A DNA stretch of 64,000 nt from Bradymonadales bacterium (GTDB lineage: Bacteria > Myxococcota_A > Bradymonadia > JAFGEP01): NCBI GenBank assembly GCA_016931535.1, contig JAFGEP010000114.1, forward strand, positions 26,412-90,411, given 5' to 3'. The notes under the pieces are model-generated. The model did no database searches, was not told the DNA's origin, and saw nothing but the letters and a program-made list of their open reading frames with translations. How positions within the stretch are numbered: position 1 is the first letter of the stretch; the number at the start of each line of letters is the position of its first letter. The translations under genes and the position numbers were made by a program. Positions 1 through 10,314 of this stretch are shown piece by piece.

Positions 1-136
1 CGAGTGAATCGGGTTGTTTTCCTGTGGCTGCGAACGGCTGAGCAGAGGACACAGCTGGGACCCCAGGATTTTCCCGGAGCCGGGCGATGCAGCCATCAAC
101 CAGCGGTCGCTGAGGTAGGTAGGTGACCTGGGTTTA

Positions 137-259
137 TTGTCAGGTTTGCGTTCACGATCAGGTTCACGGTCACGATCAGGTTCACGGTCACGGTTACGAT
201 CACGGTCAGGTTCACGGTCACGGTCACGGTCACGGTCACGGTCACGGTCACGTTGTGGA
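137..259. repeat. Near-perfect hexanucleotide microsatellite (GGTCAC)n, about 20 units with a few GATCAG/GGTTAC variants, immediately 3' of the DUF134 gene
   Basis: Direct reading: cacggtcacggtcacggtcacg... Repeat periodicity of 6 is obvious. On the + strand it would encode an HGHGHG tract, on the - strand RDRD or VTVT. Confidence 0.85.
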
Positions 260-269
260 AGCGGGGAGT

Positions 270-602
270 TCATGGGTCCTCCTCATCGTGACGGCGGCAG
301 TGCCGGTGTCCTTCCAGTTGGACGGGGCCGCCCTCGATGCGCAGCGCCTTTCCGTGTACCAGGACATCCGCCATCTTCCGGTGTGCCGAGTCGATGATCC
401 GACTGAAGGTCGGACGGGAGACGTTCATCCGATCGGCCGCCTGCTCCTGGTAGAGACCGTCGAGGTCAGCGAGCCGCATCGCCTCGAACTCGTCGAGGGT
501 CATCACCACCTCTTCGAGATCGAGCAGGGGAACGCTCAACGGCTTGAACACCGAAGCCCCGGGTCTTCCGGCGATGCGTCGACGGCAGAATGGTCTCGGC
601 AC
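270..602 (-). CDS. DUF134/UPF0251-family putative DNA-binding protein (sigma70 region-4-like HTH) with a His-rich C-terminal tail; GTG start
   Basis: Translation VPRPFCRRR...KPLSVPLLDLEEVVMTLDEFEAMRLADLDGLYQEQAADRMNVSRPTFSRIIDSAHRKMADVLVHGKALRIEGG matches the conserved DUF134 core from memory. The start is GTG (cac at 600-602). Confidence 0.7.
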   Translation of the reverse strand: MPRPFCRRRIAGRPGASVFKPLSVPLLDLEEVVMTLDEFEAMRLADLDGLYQEQAADRMNVSRPTFSRIIDSAHRKMADVLVHGKALRIEGGPVQLEGHRHCRRHDEEDP

Positions 603-848
603 CTTTCATCACCTCCGCCCTTCATTATTGACATATGTTCATAACTGTCAAGCGGGGGCGAAGATAGCGGACGAGAGCTGTTGGGGGGAGACGTGTCAGG
701 GAGTGCGGCGGGGAGTGCCAATTTGGCGGCAGAGACGGCGGACGAGAGATGTTTGGATAAGACGGGACCCTCGAGGGACTGACTCCAGGACAACAGGGCG
801 GGACAGGTGGAAGCGAGGACAGCAGACGATCCCGATGAGTGCGCCGTT

Positions 849-1394
849 TCAGGGATACGGCAGGGTGTAGCGAAGATGAACAGACCAGGCGCCTTCTCCC
901 CATTCGTCGCTGGCGCTGTCGGCTTCGCTGGTGATGTCGGTTGCCCAGAAGGGCACCTGGGCCAGCAGGTTGTCGATGGCTTCCTGAGCGGTGTCGGCGA
1001 ACTGGATGTCGGTTTCGTCGATGGTCTTCGGGGTCTGCCGGAGCAGGTTTTGCTGGAACCGTTCCTCAAGTTGGTCGGTCACACGCGCTATCCAGTGCAG
1101 GACCTGGTCATCGGTGTGGTCCTGCCCTTCCATGCCGGGATGGTTGCCCAGCACCAGCGTGCCCTTGGCGGCTTGTCTCAGCCGCTCGGCAAGGTTTTCC
1201 GGAGGGTTGGCCAGCAGCTCGCGGAGGCAGAAGAGGGCGTCGTCGGCGTACCACATGGCCGTCCGCAGCTGTTCCTCCCACAGACCGTAGGACTGGTCTG
1301 GGGTCATGTAGTGTCCGAACAGCTCGGCGAGCACCTTCAGGGCGAAGTCGACAGGTTGGGCGCGGTGCGCCTGGGATTCACTGTTGATCGACAC
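849..1394 (-). CDS. Hypothetical 181-aa cytoplasmic protein, 13 bp downstream of the 372-aa ORF on the same strand; candidate immunity or partner protein
   Basis: ORF with good GC3 bias. It is tightly linked (1394 to 1408) to the upstream gene. No recognisable domain. Confidence 0.5.
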   Translation of the reverse strand: MSINSESQAHRAQPVDFALKVLAELFGHYMTPDQSYGLWEEQLRTAMWYADDALFCLRELLANPPENLAERLRQAAKGTLVLGNHPGMEGQDHTDDQVLHWIARVTDQLEERFQQNLLRQTPKTIDETDIQFADTAQEAIDNLLAQVPFWATDITSEADSASDEWGEGAWSVHLRYTLPYP

Positions 1395-1407
1395 CGTGCT
1401 TCTCCGG

Positions 1408-2526
1408 TCAGCTGCAGGGGTAGGCGGTCAGCACGTACCAGCCGCCGTCGGTGGACGAGTCCACCCGGATGACGACGTGTACCTTGCTCAGGCTTCCGAC
1501 GGCATCCTTGGTGAGGGGGTTGGCCTTGGCGGTGTCGGAGTAGCTCGCCTTCTCGTTTTCCGGGGCACTCCCCTTGGCGGAGTCCCATTCCGGTTCGCCG
1601 GGGTACAGGGGCCGGTAACTATTGCCGCCCCGGTACTTGGGCTTGGCGGTGTCCGCATAGGCGGTTCCGACCGGATCGTCCGTTTTTTGCAGGGCCTCGA
1701 TATTGCCGGGCAGAGGGACGTCGATGGCGTCGATCTGGCTTCCTCGGGCGATCTTCAGGCGCAGCGTCTTCCAGTTGGCGACCAGGGTGCCGGTGATGGC
1801 CGAGCTGACGGCCGAGTTGGCCGTCGCGATGTTCTTGAAGGCGGAGGCGACGCCGTCTGCGCCCGGAGCGAAGGGGATGCGCCAGCCGGCGCGGTAGGCG
1901 AGGGCGACCCGGTCGCCGATGGTGCCGGCACCGTACACGTGTCGGTCGTGGCAGTGGGCGTGGTTGTTCTTGCCGTACTCGTCCAGCACGCTGGTGAAGG
2001 CGCGAGGAGCGTCGCCGTTGTTGTGAGCGAGCACCTGCTTCATGGCGGCCTCCACCACACCCAACCTCCGGCGTGCCATCTCGATCCGCCTGGTCTTGTC
2101 CGACTTGGCGACGTCCGGAACATCGACGGTCTCGGGGCCATAGGAGGTGGTCTCGAGGCAGGCGTTCCAGAGCTGATCCTCGCTGAGACCCGACCAGTCG
2201 TTGGCGATGAACCTCTTGGCCTCGGGGATGTACATGTAGGGTCCCATCTGGGCTTCCGGGATCAGGCTGGAGATGTCGCCGTGGGTCTTGACGGGCTTCA
2301 TCTGCACTACCGGCCCTGCCATCATCTGGACTGGGGGGGTAGCGATATTGGCCGCATCGGATTCGAGGTGGAGCTGTACGGGAGCGGCAGGAGCCAGGTA
2401 TGACTCCTGCTGTGGGTAGTCCATGCCGGCCAGCTTCGACGCCATGGAGAGGTCACCCGTGCTCGAACGGGAAACGCTTGCAGGGGATCGCTGGACGTTT
2501 CGGTGCGATGAGCTGAGGTCTTTCAT
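1408..2526 (-). CDS. Hypothetical 372-aa protein with no signal peptide and a His/Cys cluster (NNHAHCHDRHVYGAGTIGD); candidate effector-like protein
   Basis: Long ORF with coding-like composition, preceded by a roughly 230-bp lower-GC intergenic region. No domain recognised by eye. Confidence 0.5.
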   Translation of the reverse strand: MKDLSSSHRNVQRSPASVSRSSTGDLSMASKLAGMDYPQQESYLAPAAPVQLHLESDAANIATPPVQMMAGPVVQMKPVKTHGDISSLIPEAQMGPYMYIPEAKRFIANDWSGLSEDQLWNACLETTSYGPETVDVPDVAKSDKTRRIEMARRRLGVVEAAMKQVLAHNNGDAPRAFTSVLDEYGKNNHAHCHDRHVYGAGTIGDRVALAYRAGWRIPFAPGADGVASAFKNIATANSAVSSAITGTLVANWKTLRLKIARGSQIDAIDVPLPGNIEALQKTDDPVGTAYADTAKPKYRGGNSYRPLYPGEPEWDSAKGSAPENEKASYSDTAKANPLTKDAVGSLSKVHVVIRVDSSTDGGWYVLTAYPCS

Positions 2527-2757
2527 GTGGCTCTTGTCCTCTGTTGACTACAGAAAGGTAAGATGCTGAGCGCCCGTTCGCAAGATGAACGGAGCACGGA
2601 TTTGCCTGGCCCAGACTGTGAGGATTGCGGCCGAAGAAAACCACGGGAAGTGGACAGGAACGCGCCACAGTAACAGCGGAAGTGCCGTGTAGACAGAGGG
2701 GAAGGAGCAGATGGGGAACGCCGAGCGGTTGCCGGCCCGCAGTAGTCGGAGAGCCGC

Positions 2758-3279
2758 ATGATGCGCAAAAGAAGCCTTGCTGTGGTCCAACTGACCGATC
2801 GAAAAAGGGAGCCTTTGCCGGACGAGGGGTCGCGCTGCATGCCCGGAGAGGTCGGGAGAGCTGGATATGGCCGTCTGGGCCGGGCTCTGCTGGTGGCGGC
2901 GGGCACGTTGTTCGTGCTACTCGGCCTGATCGGGGTGGTGGTTCCGGTGTTGCCGACCACGCCATTTCTCCTGCTGGCGGGGGGCTGCTACCTGCGAAGC
3001 TCCCGGCGGCTGTACCGATGGCTCTACACCAACCGGGTCTTCGGCGAGTACCTGAGACGTTATCGAGATGGGGAAGGGCTGCCGCTGGCCACCAAGATCT
3101 GGACGCTGCTGTTGCTCTGGGTGACCCTCGCCACCTCGGCATTTTTGGTTGTGCCGGCCGGTTTGTGGTGGGTGCGCCTGCTGCTGTTGGCTGTGGGGCT
3201 GGGGGTGACCATCCACCTCGCGCGGATCAGGACCTGTCGAAAAGTCGATAGGCCAGCTCAGCAGCCCCAAGGCTCTTGA
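2758..3279 (+). CDS. ybaN: DUF454/YbaN-family inner-membrane protein
   Basis: The motif GLIGVVVPVLPTTPFLLLAGGCYLRSSRRLYRWL matches the YbaN signature (LGVVLPVLPTTPFLLLA). There are two TM segments. The true start may be an internal Met near 2836. Confidence 0.7.
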   Translation: MMRKRSLAVVQLTDRKREPLPDEGSRCMPGEVGRAGYGRLGRALLVAAGTLFVLLGLIGVVVPVLPTTPFLLLAGGCYLRSSRRLYRWLYTNRVFGEYLRRYRDGEGLPLATKIWTLLLLWVTLATSAFLVVPAGLWWVRLLLLAVGLGVTIHLARIRTCRKVDRPAQQPQGS

Positions 3280-3531
3280 CCGCCGTTGTCCTGCCAGCGA
3301 AACCGGGCCATCCGCAGGTGGGATGGGGTGGACATCCGGTGATCGGTCGGCTCGACTTGGGCGATCCCTGTTGGCCATTCGCCGGAAACCAAAACGATAT
3401 CGAGGTGCTCTTCCCCGCCTTGGTGTATCGCGGCTCAACCACCGTCCAAGCGAGTCGCTGTCCGGTCGAAGGCTGCCTTTCAAGGAGTGAGGGTGCCGGC
3501 CATCGCTGTGCACCCGCAGACCACCAGTCGC

Positions 3532-4383
3532 TCAGGGATCCGTTCCCACGGTCACCTCGGCGATTCCCGACACTCGGATGATCGAACCGTAGTATGTCGG
3601 GCTCGGGGTCTGGTGGGTCACGGTGACATGAACGAACGAGCCGGTGCTGGCCGGCTTGGCCACCAGGTAGAGGACCTTGTCACCATTCGTGTCCAGCTCG
3701 ATGTCGGACAGCACCGTGAGCCAGGCCGGCGGTTGTGGCCAGATGTCGTCCACCCCGTCTGGAAGTGAGGAGAAGAGACCCGCCCGGAGGTCCTGATCCC
3801 AGGGGGCGGAGAGACTCACGGTTATGGGATAGGTTGCGTTCAGACCGTCGATGACCAGCCTGGTGATGTTACCACCCGTAAGGGAGCCCGACCAGACATG
3901 GGTCTCGTCGAAGAGGTAGTCGGGCTCCAGCACGAACCGCTCGTAGCTGACCTGAGGGCCTGCCGTTTCGAGAGGGGCCGTTTCGACCCAGAGGTTCTGG
4001 CGGGAGCCGCTTACCACCTGGATATTGTCGGCGAGGCCTTGATCCATCAGGTGATAGGTCACCGTCGGAAATCCCGCGCCCGAGGGGATGATCAGGTTGT
4101 AGGAGGCCACCACCAACCGTGAGGCGTTTTCGCTGACGTGGCCCAGATGTGCCCGGGCGATGCCGCCAGAGGCGCTCACCCGGGCGCCCACCGGCGATCC
4201 GTTCAATCCCATGAAGTACAGGCCGAACACCGCATAGTCCGCCTCGGAGGAGAGCGGGCCCGCTGCCACGCTCAGCCCGTCATCGAGTGCCAGATCTATG
4301 GTCTGTTGGCAGGCGAAGCCGACACCCGCCATTCCGGTGACAAAACTGACCAACAGTACAATCCGGTTCCGTATAGTTCGCAT
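3532..4383 (-). CDS. Secreted lipoprotein of unknown function (paralog A)
   Basis: The N-terminus MRTIRNRIVLLVSFVTGMAGVGFAC has a lipobox. It shares the motifs DYLFD...GSLxGGNITRLVIDxL...DKVLYLVAKP with the downstream paralog. Confidence 0.65.
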   Translation of the reverse strand: MRTIRNRIVLLVSFVTGMAGVGFACQQTIDLALDDGLSVAAGPLSSEADYAVFGLYFMGLNGSPVGARVSASGGIARAHLGHVSENASRLVVASYNLIIPSGAGFPTVTYHLMDQGLADNIQVVSGSRQNLWVETAPLETAGPQVSYERFVLEPDYLFDETHVWSGSLTGGNITRLVIDGLNATYPITVSLSAPWDQDLRAGLFSSLPDGVDDIWPQPPAWLTVLSDIELDTNGDKVLYLVAKPASTGSFVHVTVTHQTPSPTYYGSIIRVSGIAEVTVGTDP

Positions 4384-4413
4384 TGCGGTCTCCGTTCTCA
4401 GCGTACGGGTGTC

Positions 4414-5259
4414 CTACCGCGCCTCAACCGCCAGGCTGGCCAGGCCGGAGGTGCGGACGTACAGGTACAGGATGGTCCCCGAGTTGGGAGCTAGCGTCAC
4501 GTGGTCCACGAAGCCGGCGGTTCCCGGCTTGGCGACCAGGTAGAGGACCCGGTCGCCACCGTTCAGGGGCACGTTGGAAACCGTGGAGGGCCAGGTGGAG
4601 GGGTCGGGCCAGAACTGTCCCGAGCTCACGTCCGGCAGGGTGGTAAACAGGCCATTGCTGTTGGATCCCATGCCGTCGGGGGATCTCACGGTGACGGTGA
4701 CGCTGGTAGCGCCGGTCAGGTCATCGATCACCAGGCGGGTGATGTTGGAGCCGTCCAGCGAGCCGGCATGAAGACCGGTCGCGTCGAACAGGTAGTCGGC
4801 GTTTAGGATCGGCCGTTCCGCACTGAACGCACTGGTGCCTCCGGCGTCTGAGGTCGTGATCTGGATCCCTTGCTGGGTGCCGCTGGTGACGTGCAGTGGC
4901 TGCACTCCCGCATCGGTGGACTGGAAGCTCCATTCCGAAAATCCGGTGACGCTGGGCGTGAAGAACCGCCAGGCGTAGGCCTCGGCCCGGACCGCATCCT
5001 CGGCGATGCGGGGGAAGGTTGCCCGCGCCACCCTGGTGGATCCATCCAGGGTGGTCTCCACCAGGGTACCCACTGGACATAGCTCCGGGTTACCAAGAAA
5101 GGCGAGGCAGATCACCGCGTGGGTGGCGGCGGAATCCAAGGGGCCGGCCGTCACGGAGAAGCCCACTTCCGGTTCCGGTTGGACCACGGTGTCCGAACAG
5201 CCGGAGATCCAAAGGAACATGCTCGCGATGAACAGCAGGGAAGCGTAAAAGCGACTCAT
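4414..5259 (-). CDS. Secreted lipoprotein of unknown function (paralog B)
   Basis: Start chosen at MSRFYASLLFIASMFLWISGC (lipobox), with a GAGGAGG RBS 7 nt upstream. Paralogous to 3532-4383. Confidence 0.65.
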   Translation of the reverse strand: MSRFYASLLFIASMFLWISGCSDTVVQPEPEVGFSVTAGPLDSAATHAVICLAFLGNPELCPVGTLVETTLDGSTRVARATFPRIAEDAVRAEAYAWRFFTPSVTGFSEWSFQSTDAGVQPLHVTSGTQQGIQITTSDAGGTSAFSAERPILNADYLFDATGLHAGSLDGSNITRLVIDDLTGATSVTVTVRSPDGMGSNSNGLFTTLPDVSSGQFWPDPSTWPSTVSNVPLNGGDRVLYLVAKPGTAGFVDHVTLAPNSGTILYLYVRTSGLASLAVEAR

Positions 5260-5339
5260 CGATGAGACCTCCTCGGTATACGAAACCGCCCATCGCTCGC
5301 CGGCCAGGTCGATGGCCGCTGGGCGTTCGCGATTGGATG

Positions 5340-5450
5340 TCCGTTTGAAACCGTCCAGAGTCCATAGCGTACAAATAAACAATATCCTTCATACTAGATC
5401 GACGTAGTAAGTCAATAGCAGTCACATAGGAATGTGGCATCGGTCACTTT
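5340..5450. promoter_or_regulatory. AT-rich island in the divergent intergenic region between lipoprotein paralog B (-) and the Cys-rich lipoprotein (+); likely bidirectional promoter
   Basis: The sequence gtacaaataaacaatatccttcatactagatcgacgtagtaagtcaatagcagtcacatagg has strikingly low GC against a roughly 68% background. Confidence 0.45.
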
Positions 5451-5666
5451 GGTGCCGGATGTCCAAAACCCCCACCCAATCGCCAGCCGACTGGCGCTAC
5501 TCCATTGGCTTTCTTCCGTGAAGGAGCCGCGAGCTTCGCCGTGGTGTCGGGGCTGGTTGAGCCTTCAAGTGGCCTGGTGTATTGTGCAAAGACGTTTCTA
5601 TCCGCAAGGAATCGGACACCCCAGAGGATCGACACCTTGAGGCGTCTGGGGAGAAGTGAGGTGACG

Positions 5667-6281
5667 ATGAAGAAGCATCCTGGTCCCCGTTGTTGGCGTT
5701 TCCCCTTTGATCTGTGGCTGGCAGCCATGGTGCTGACGGCATCCACCTGTGGGGACGATGACCAAAACGACGGGCCGTCCGTGGATGCCGCGGTGGACGC
5801 AGAGATTGAGGGGCTTGCGGAAGCGGGTGATGTCCCGACAGGCCACGACTGTGACACCGCCTGCTACCTGGCCTACCTCGAGGGCAACATCACCTGCGAG
5901 GACGAGTACCAGAGTTGCGCTGCCGGTTGTGATGGAGAAGTCACCTGCCTCAATGGCTGCGCCGGACCCAGGGCAACCTGTGTCCTCGGGTACCTGGGAA
6001 CCTTCTACGACTGCGCCCAAGGCTGCGACGACTGCATCAAGGCCTACTACGCCGAGGTGGCGCGCTGCGAAGAGGAGTACCCCGAGGGATCCATGCGGGA
6101 GGGGTGCATGGATGGGGCCATGAGCGACATGGTAGACTGCCTCGGTTGGGATGCGGTCTGCTTTGAGACCGTTGAGACCGAGTACGGCTCCTGCCTGGCC
6201 GGATGCCAGACCGATGCGCTGTGCCATTCGGGCTGTCGGGAGACCTGGTACGATCGGCAGCGGGGTTGTCTACAGGAATGA
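5667..6281 (+). CDS. Cys-rich secreted lipoprotein (about 24 Cys in about 180 mature residues)
   Basis: MKKHPGPRCWRFPFDLWLAAMVLTASTCGDD signal with lipobox. RBS gaggtga lies upstream of ATG 5667. Repeated CxxGC/GCDDC motifs. Confidence 0.65.
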   Translation: MKKHPGPRCWRFPFDLWLAAMVLTASTCGDDDQNDGPSVDAAVDAEIEGLAEAGDVPTGHDCDTACYLAYLEGNITCEDEYQSCAAGCDGEVTCLNGCAGPRATCVLGYLGTFYDCAQGCDDCIKAYYAEVARCEEEYPEGSMREGCMDGAMSDMVDCLGWDAVCFETVETEYGSCLAGCQTDALCHSGCRETWYDRQRGCLQE

Positions 6282-6387
6282 ACCCCAGCGCAGCAGGTGG
6301 AAACACCCTGGACCTCGAGCGAGAAGGAGCTCAGTCAAGCTGGAGTCAGTGGGCAGAGGAGATCTGGAAGAGAGAGGGAGGACAGTC

Positions 6388-6708
6388 ATGAGATACCTGG
6401 TTGCAGCATGTTTGCTCGTTGTGAACGCCGTCATCGGCGCGGCGCTCGGGTTCGGGCTTGGGGCGGCGATCCTCAGGATCTACGAGAACCATGCTCAAGA
6501 TATGAGCCACAAGACCGGTGATACCATCATCGGAGTGACGACCGTCGTCGTCTGCATTGTCGTGGTGTTTGTTCTGGCACTTGTAGAATGGCGTTTCTAC
6601 AAGAAGAACTACAAGGAGTGTGTCCAGTGTGCCTCACTGATCCGTGCCCGGGCGACCAAGTGTCCCCGGTGCGGCAGCGAGCAGACCACCGCTTCGGCCC
6701 AGTCCTGA
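6388..6708 (+). CDS. Small membrane protein with two TM helices and a C-terminal zinc-ribbon (CVQC...CPRC)
   Basis: MRYLVAACLLVVNAVIGAALGFGLGAAIL ... VVVCIVVVFVLALVEW ... KECVQCASLIRARATKCPRCGSEQ. RBS gagggagga upstream. Confidence 0.55.
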   Translation: MRYLVAACLLVVNAVIGAALGFGLGAAILRIYENHAQDMSHKTGDTIIGVTTVVVCIVVVFVLALVEWRFYKKNYKECVQCASLIRARATKCPRCGSEQTTASAQS

Positions 6709-6737
6709 CGGTCGACAATAGAGCGAAGGACCAGCCG

Positions 6738-8051
6738 TCACCAATCCCGCCCCAGGGCCGCCAGGAGCCTGGCTCGTGCCGAGGCCAGGTTGTAGTCGGC
6801 CTGAACCATGTCGGCCCGGGCGGTGGTGAGCCTGAGCTGGGCGTCGGAAAGCTCGATGGCGCTGCCCACGCCGTTCTCGTATCGTCCCTCGGCAAGACGC
6901 AGCTGCTCTTCAGCCAGCGCGACCGATTCCCGGGCGGCCTCCACCGCGCTCAGGGCGGCCCGGATCGCCAGGCGGGCCTGCTCCACCTCGCTGTGAACCT
7001 GCTGGCGCACCAGGTCTCGCTGGAACTGAAGAGCGGAGAGCTCGGCGTCCGCCTCCCGTACCTGAGCCCGCAGTCGCCCTCCCTGGTAGAAAGACCAGTT
7101 CAGGTTGACCCCGACACCGAAGTTCCAGGCCATCTCATCGAACTGGGAACCGGCTTCGCTCATGCTGGCAACGGCGGAGAGAGTGGGCCAGTAGGCCGCC
7201 CGGGCTGCCCTGCGTTGGTGGTCCTGGGATTGGATGCGCAGGTCGACAACGGACAGGTCGAGGCGGGAGGCCAAGGCTTCCTCGAGCAACTGGCCGGAGG
7301 AATCGTTTTCGCCCTCCAGCGGTGGCATCACATCGCCGGCCAATCGGTAGTCGGTCGGACCGGTCACTCCCATGGCCAGGTTGAGATCCAGGCGAGCCAG
7401 CTCAAAAGCGTTCTCCGCGTTGATGAGTAACAGGCGGGCATTGGCCAGATCGGAACGGGCCTGGATCAGATCGATCTGGGGGCGGGTCCCCATCTCGACG
7501 AAGGCCTCGATCTGTTCCAGGTGCCGCTGCTGGTTGGCGACGGAATCCAGGGCCACTTGCACCATGGCCTGGGTAGCGGTGGCGTTGAAGTAGGCCAGGC
7601 GGGTGTCGAGCAACGCCTGCTGGATGGTCAGATCGCGGTTGTCCCGCTCGATCTCCTCCGTCGTCTCGGTCGCACGGCGGCGGTTGTTGGTCTGACCGAA
7701 GTCCCAGAGGAGCTGGCTGGCCGACAGGCCGAACCGGAAGGAGTTGAAGGTGTCGAACAGGCCGTGGGACTCTCCGGTCACACCGTTCGCCTGGGAGGGG
7801 GAGTTGGCGCTTGACCGCTCGTAGCCGATGGAGGCGCTGACCTGGGGGAGCAAGGAGGAGAAGGCCTGGTCGGACCGGGCCTGGGCCGAACGGAGCGAGG
7901 CCTCCGCCTGTCCGAGCGAGGGGTGGTTGGCCAGCGTGGTAGCCAGCGCCTGCTCCAGGGTGAGCAGCGAGGGTTCTTCCGTCTCCTGGGCCGAACCAGG
8001 CAGGGCCACCAGACAGAGGAGAAGGGCCAGGGACGCTCGCGCGATGCGATT
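6738..8051 (-). CDS. TolC-family outer membrane efflux protein; start uncertain. The listed ORF runs to 8387 but would overlap the MacB permease gene
   Basis: Signal peptide RIARASLALLLCLVALPGSAQE, then an LTLEQALATTLANHPSL...AEA.LR.A.A OEP repeat architecture. No ATG/GTG immediately before the signal peptide; the nearest candidate start (MMPEY, c. 8255) would give a c. 70-aa extension; start unresolved. Confidence 0.6.
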   Translation of the reverse strand, partial: NRIARASLALLLCLVALPGSAQETEEPSLLTLEQALATTLANHPSLGQAEASLRSAQARSDQAFSSLLPQVSASIGYERSSANSPSQANGVTGESHGLFDTFNSFRFGLSASQLLWDFGQTNNRRRATETTEEIERDNRDLTIQQALLDTRLAYFNATATQAMVQVALDSVANQQRHLEQIEAFVEMGTRPQIDLIQARSDLANARLLLINAENAFELARLDLNLAMGVTGPTDYRLAGDVMPPLEGENDSSGQLLEEALASRLDLSVVDLRIQSQDHQRRAARAAYWPTLSAVASMSEAGSQFDEMAWNFGVGVNLNWSFYQGGRLRAQVREADAELSALQFQRDLVRQQVHSEVEQARLAIRAALSAVEAARESVALAEEQLRLAEGRYENGVGSAIELSDAQLRLTTARADMVQADYNLASARARLLAALGRDW

Positions 8052-8251
8052 CCCGAGCGCTGGTGGCCCGATCGGTTTTCTGCGTGTCGATGGATGCCGT
8101 TGGAGGTTGTCTTTAAGCAGTCTGCCATCTGTCCCATGGTCGAGAGGGCGACTGGTGGTAGGGCCGACAGGTGTTGTGCCACCCGGTGATCGGTTGTGGG
8201 TGATCTGTGCAGGCGCGCCACCACCCGTCGGGGGTTGGGAATATTCTGGCA

Positions 8252-10302
<2,051 letters not shown>

Positions 10303-10314
10303 TCCGACACCCCT

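Noticed and set aside
123-644. Listed + strand ORF encoding an HGHGHG-rich 173-aa protein (and the RS-repeat ORF at 137-397)
   Set aside because: Most of it is antisense to a well-supported DUF134 gene. Open frames of this length are expected by chance at this GC content. Only the repeat itself is reported.
1384-2403. Long + strand ORF (339 aa) rich in Gly/Val/Ala
   Set aside because: It is antisense to the better-supported 1408-2526 gene. Its amino-acid composition (GVGG runs) is typical of non-coding frames in high-GC DNA.
2453-3251. Several overlapping Arg/Pro/Ala-rich ORFs on both strands around ybaN
   Set aside because: Composition is typical of spurious high-GC frames, there are no motifs, and they overlap the convincing YbaN-like gene.
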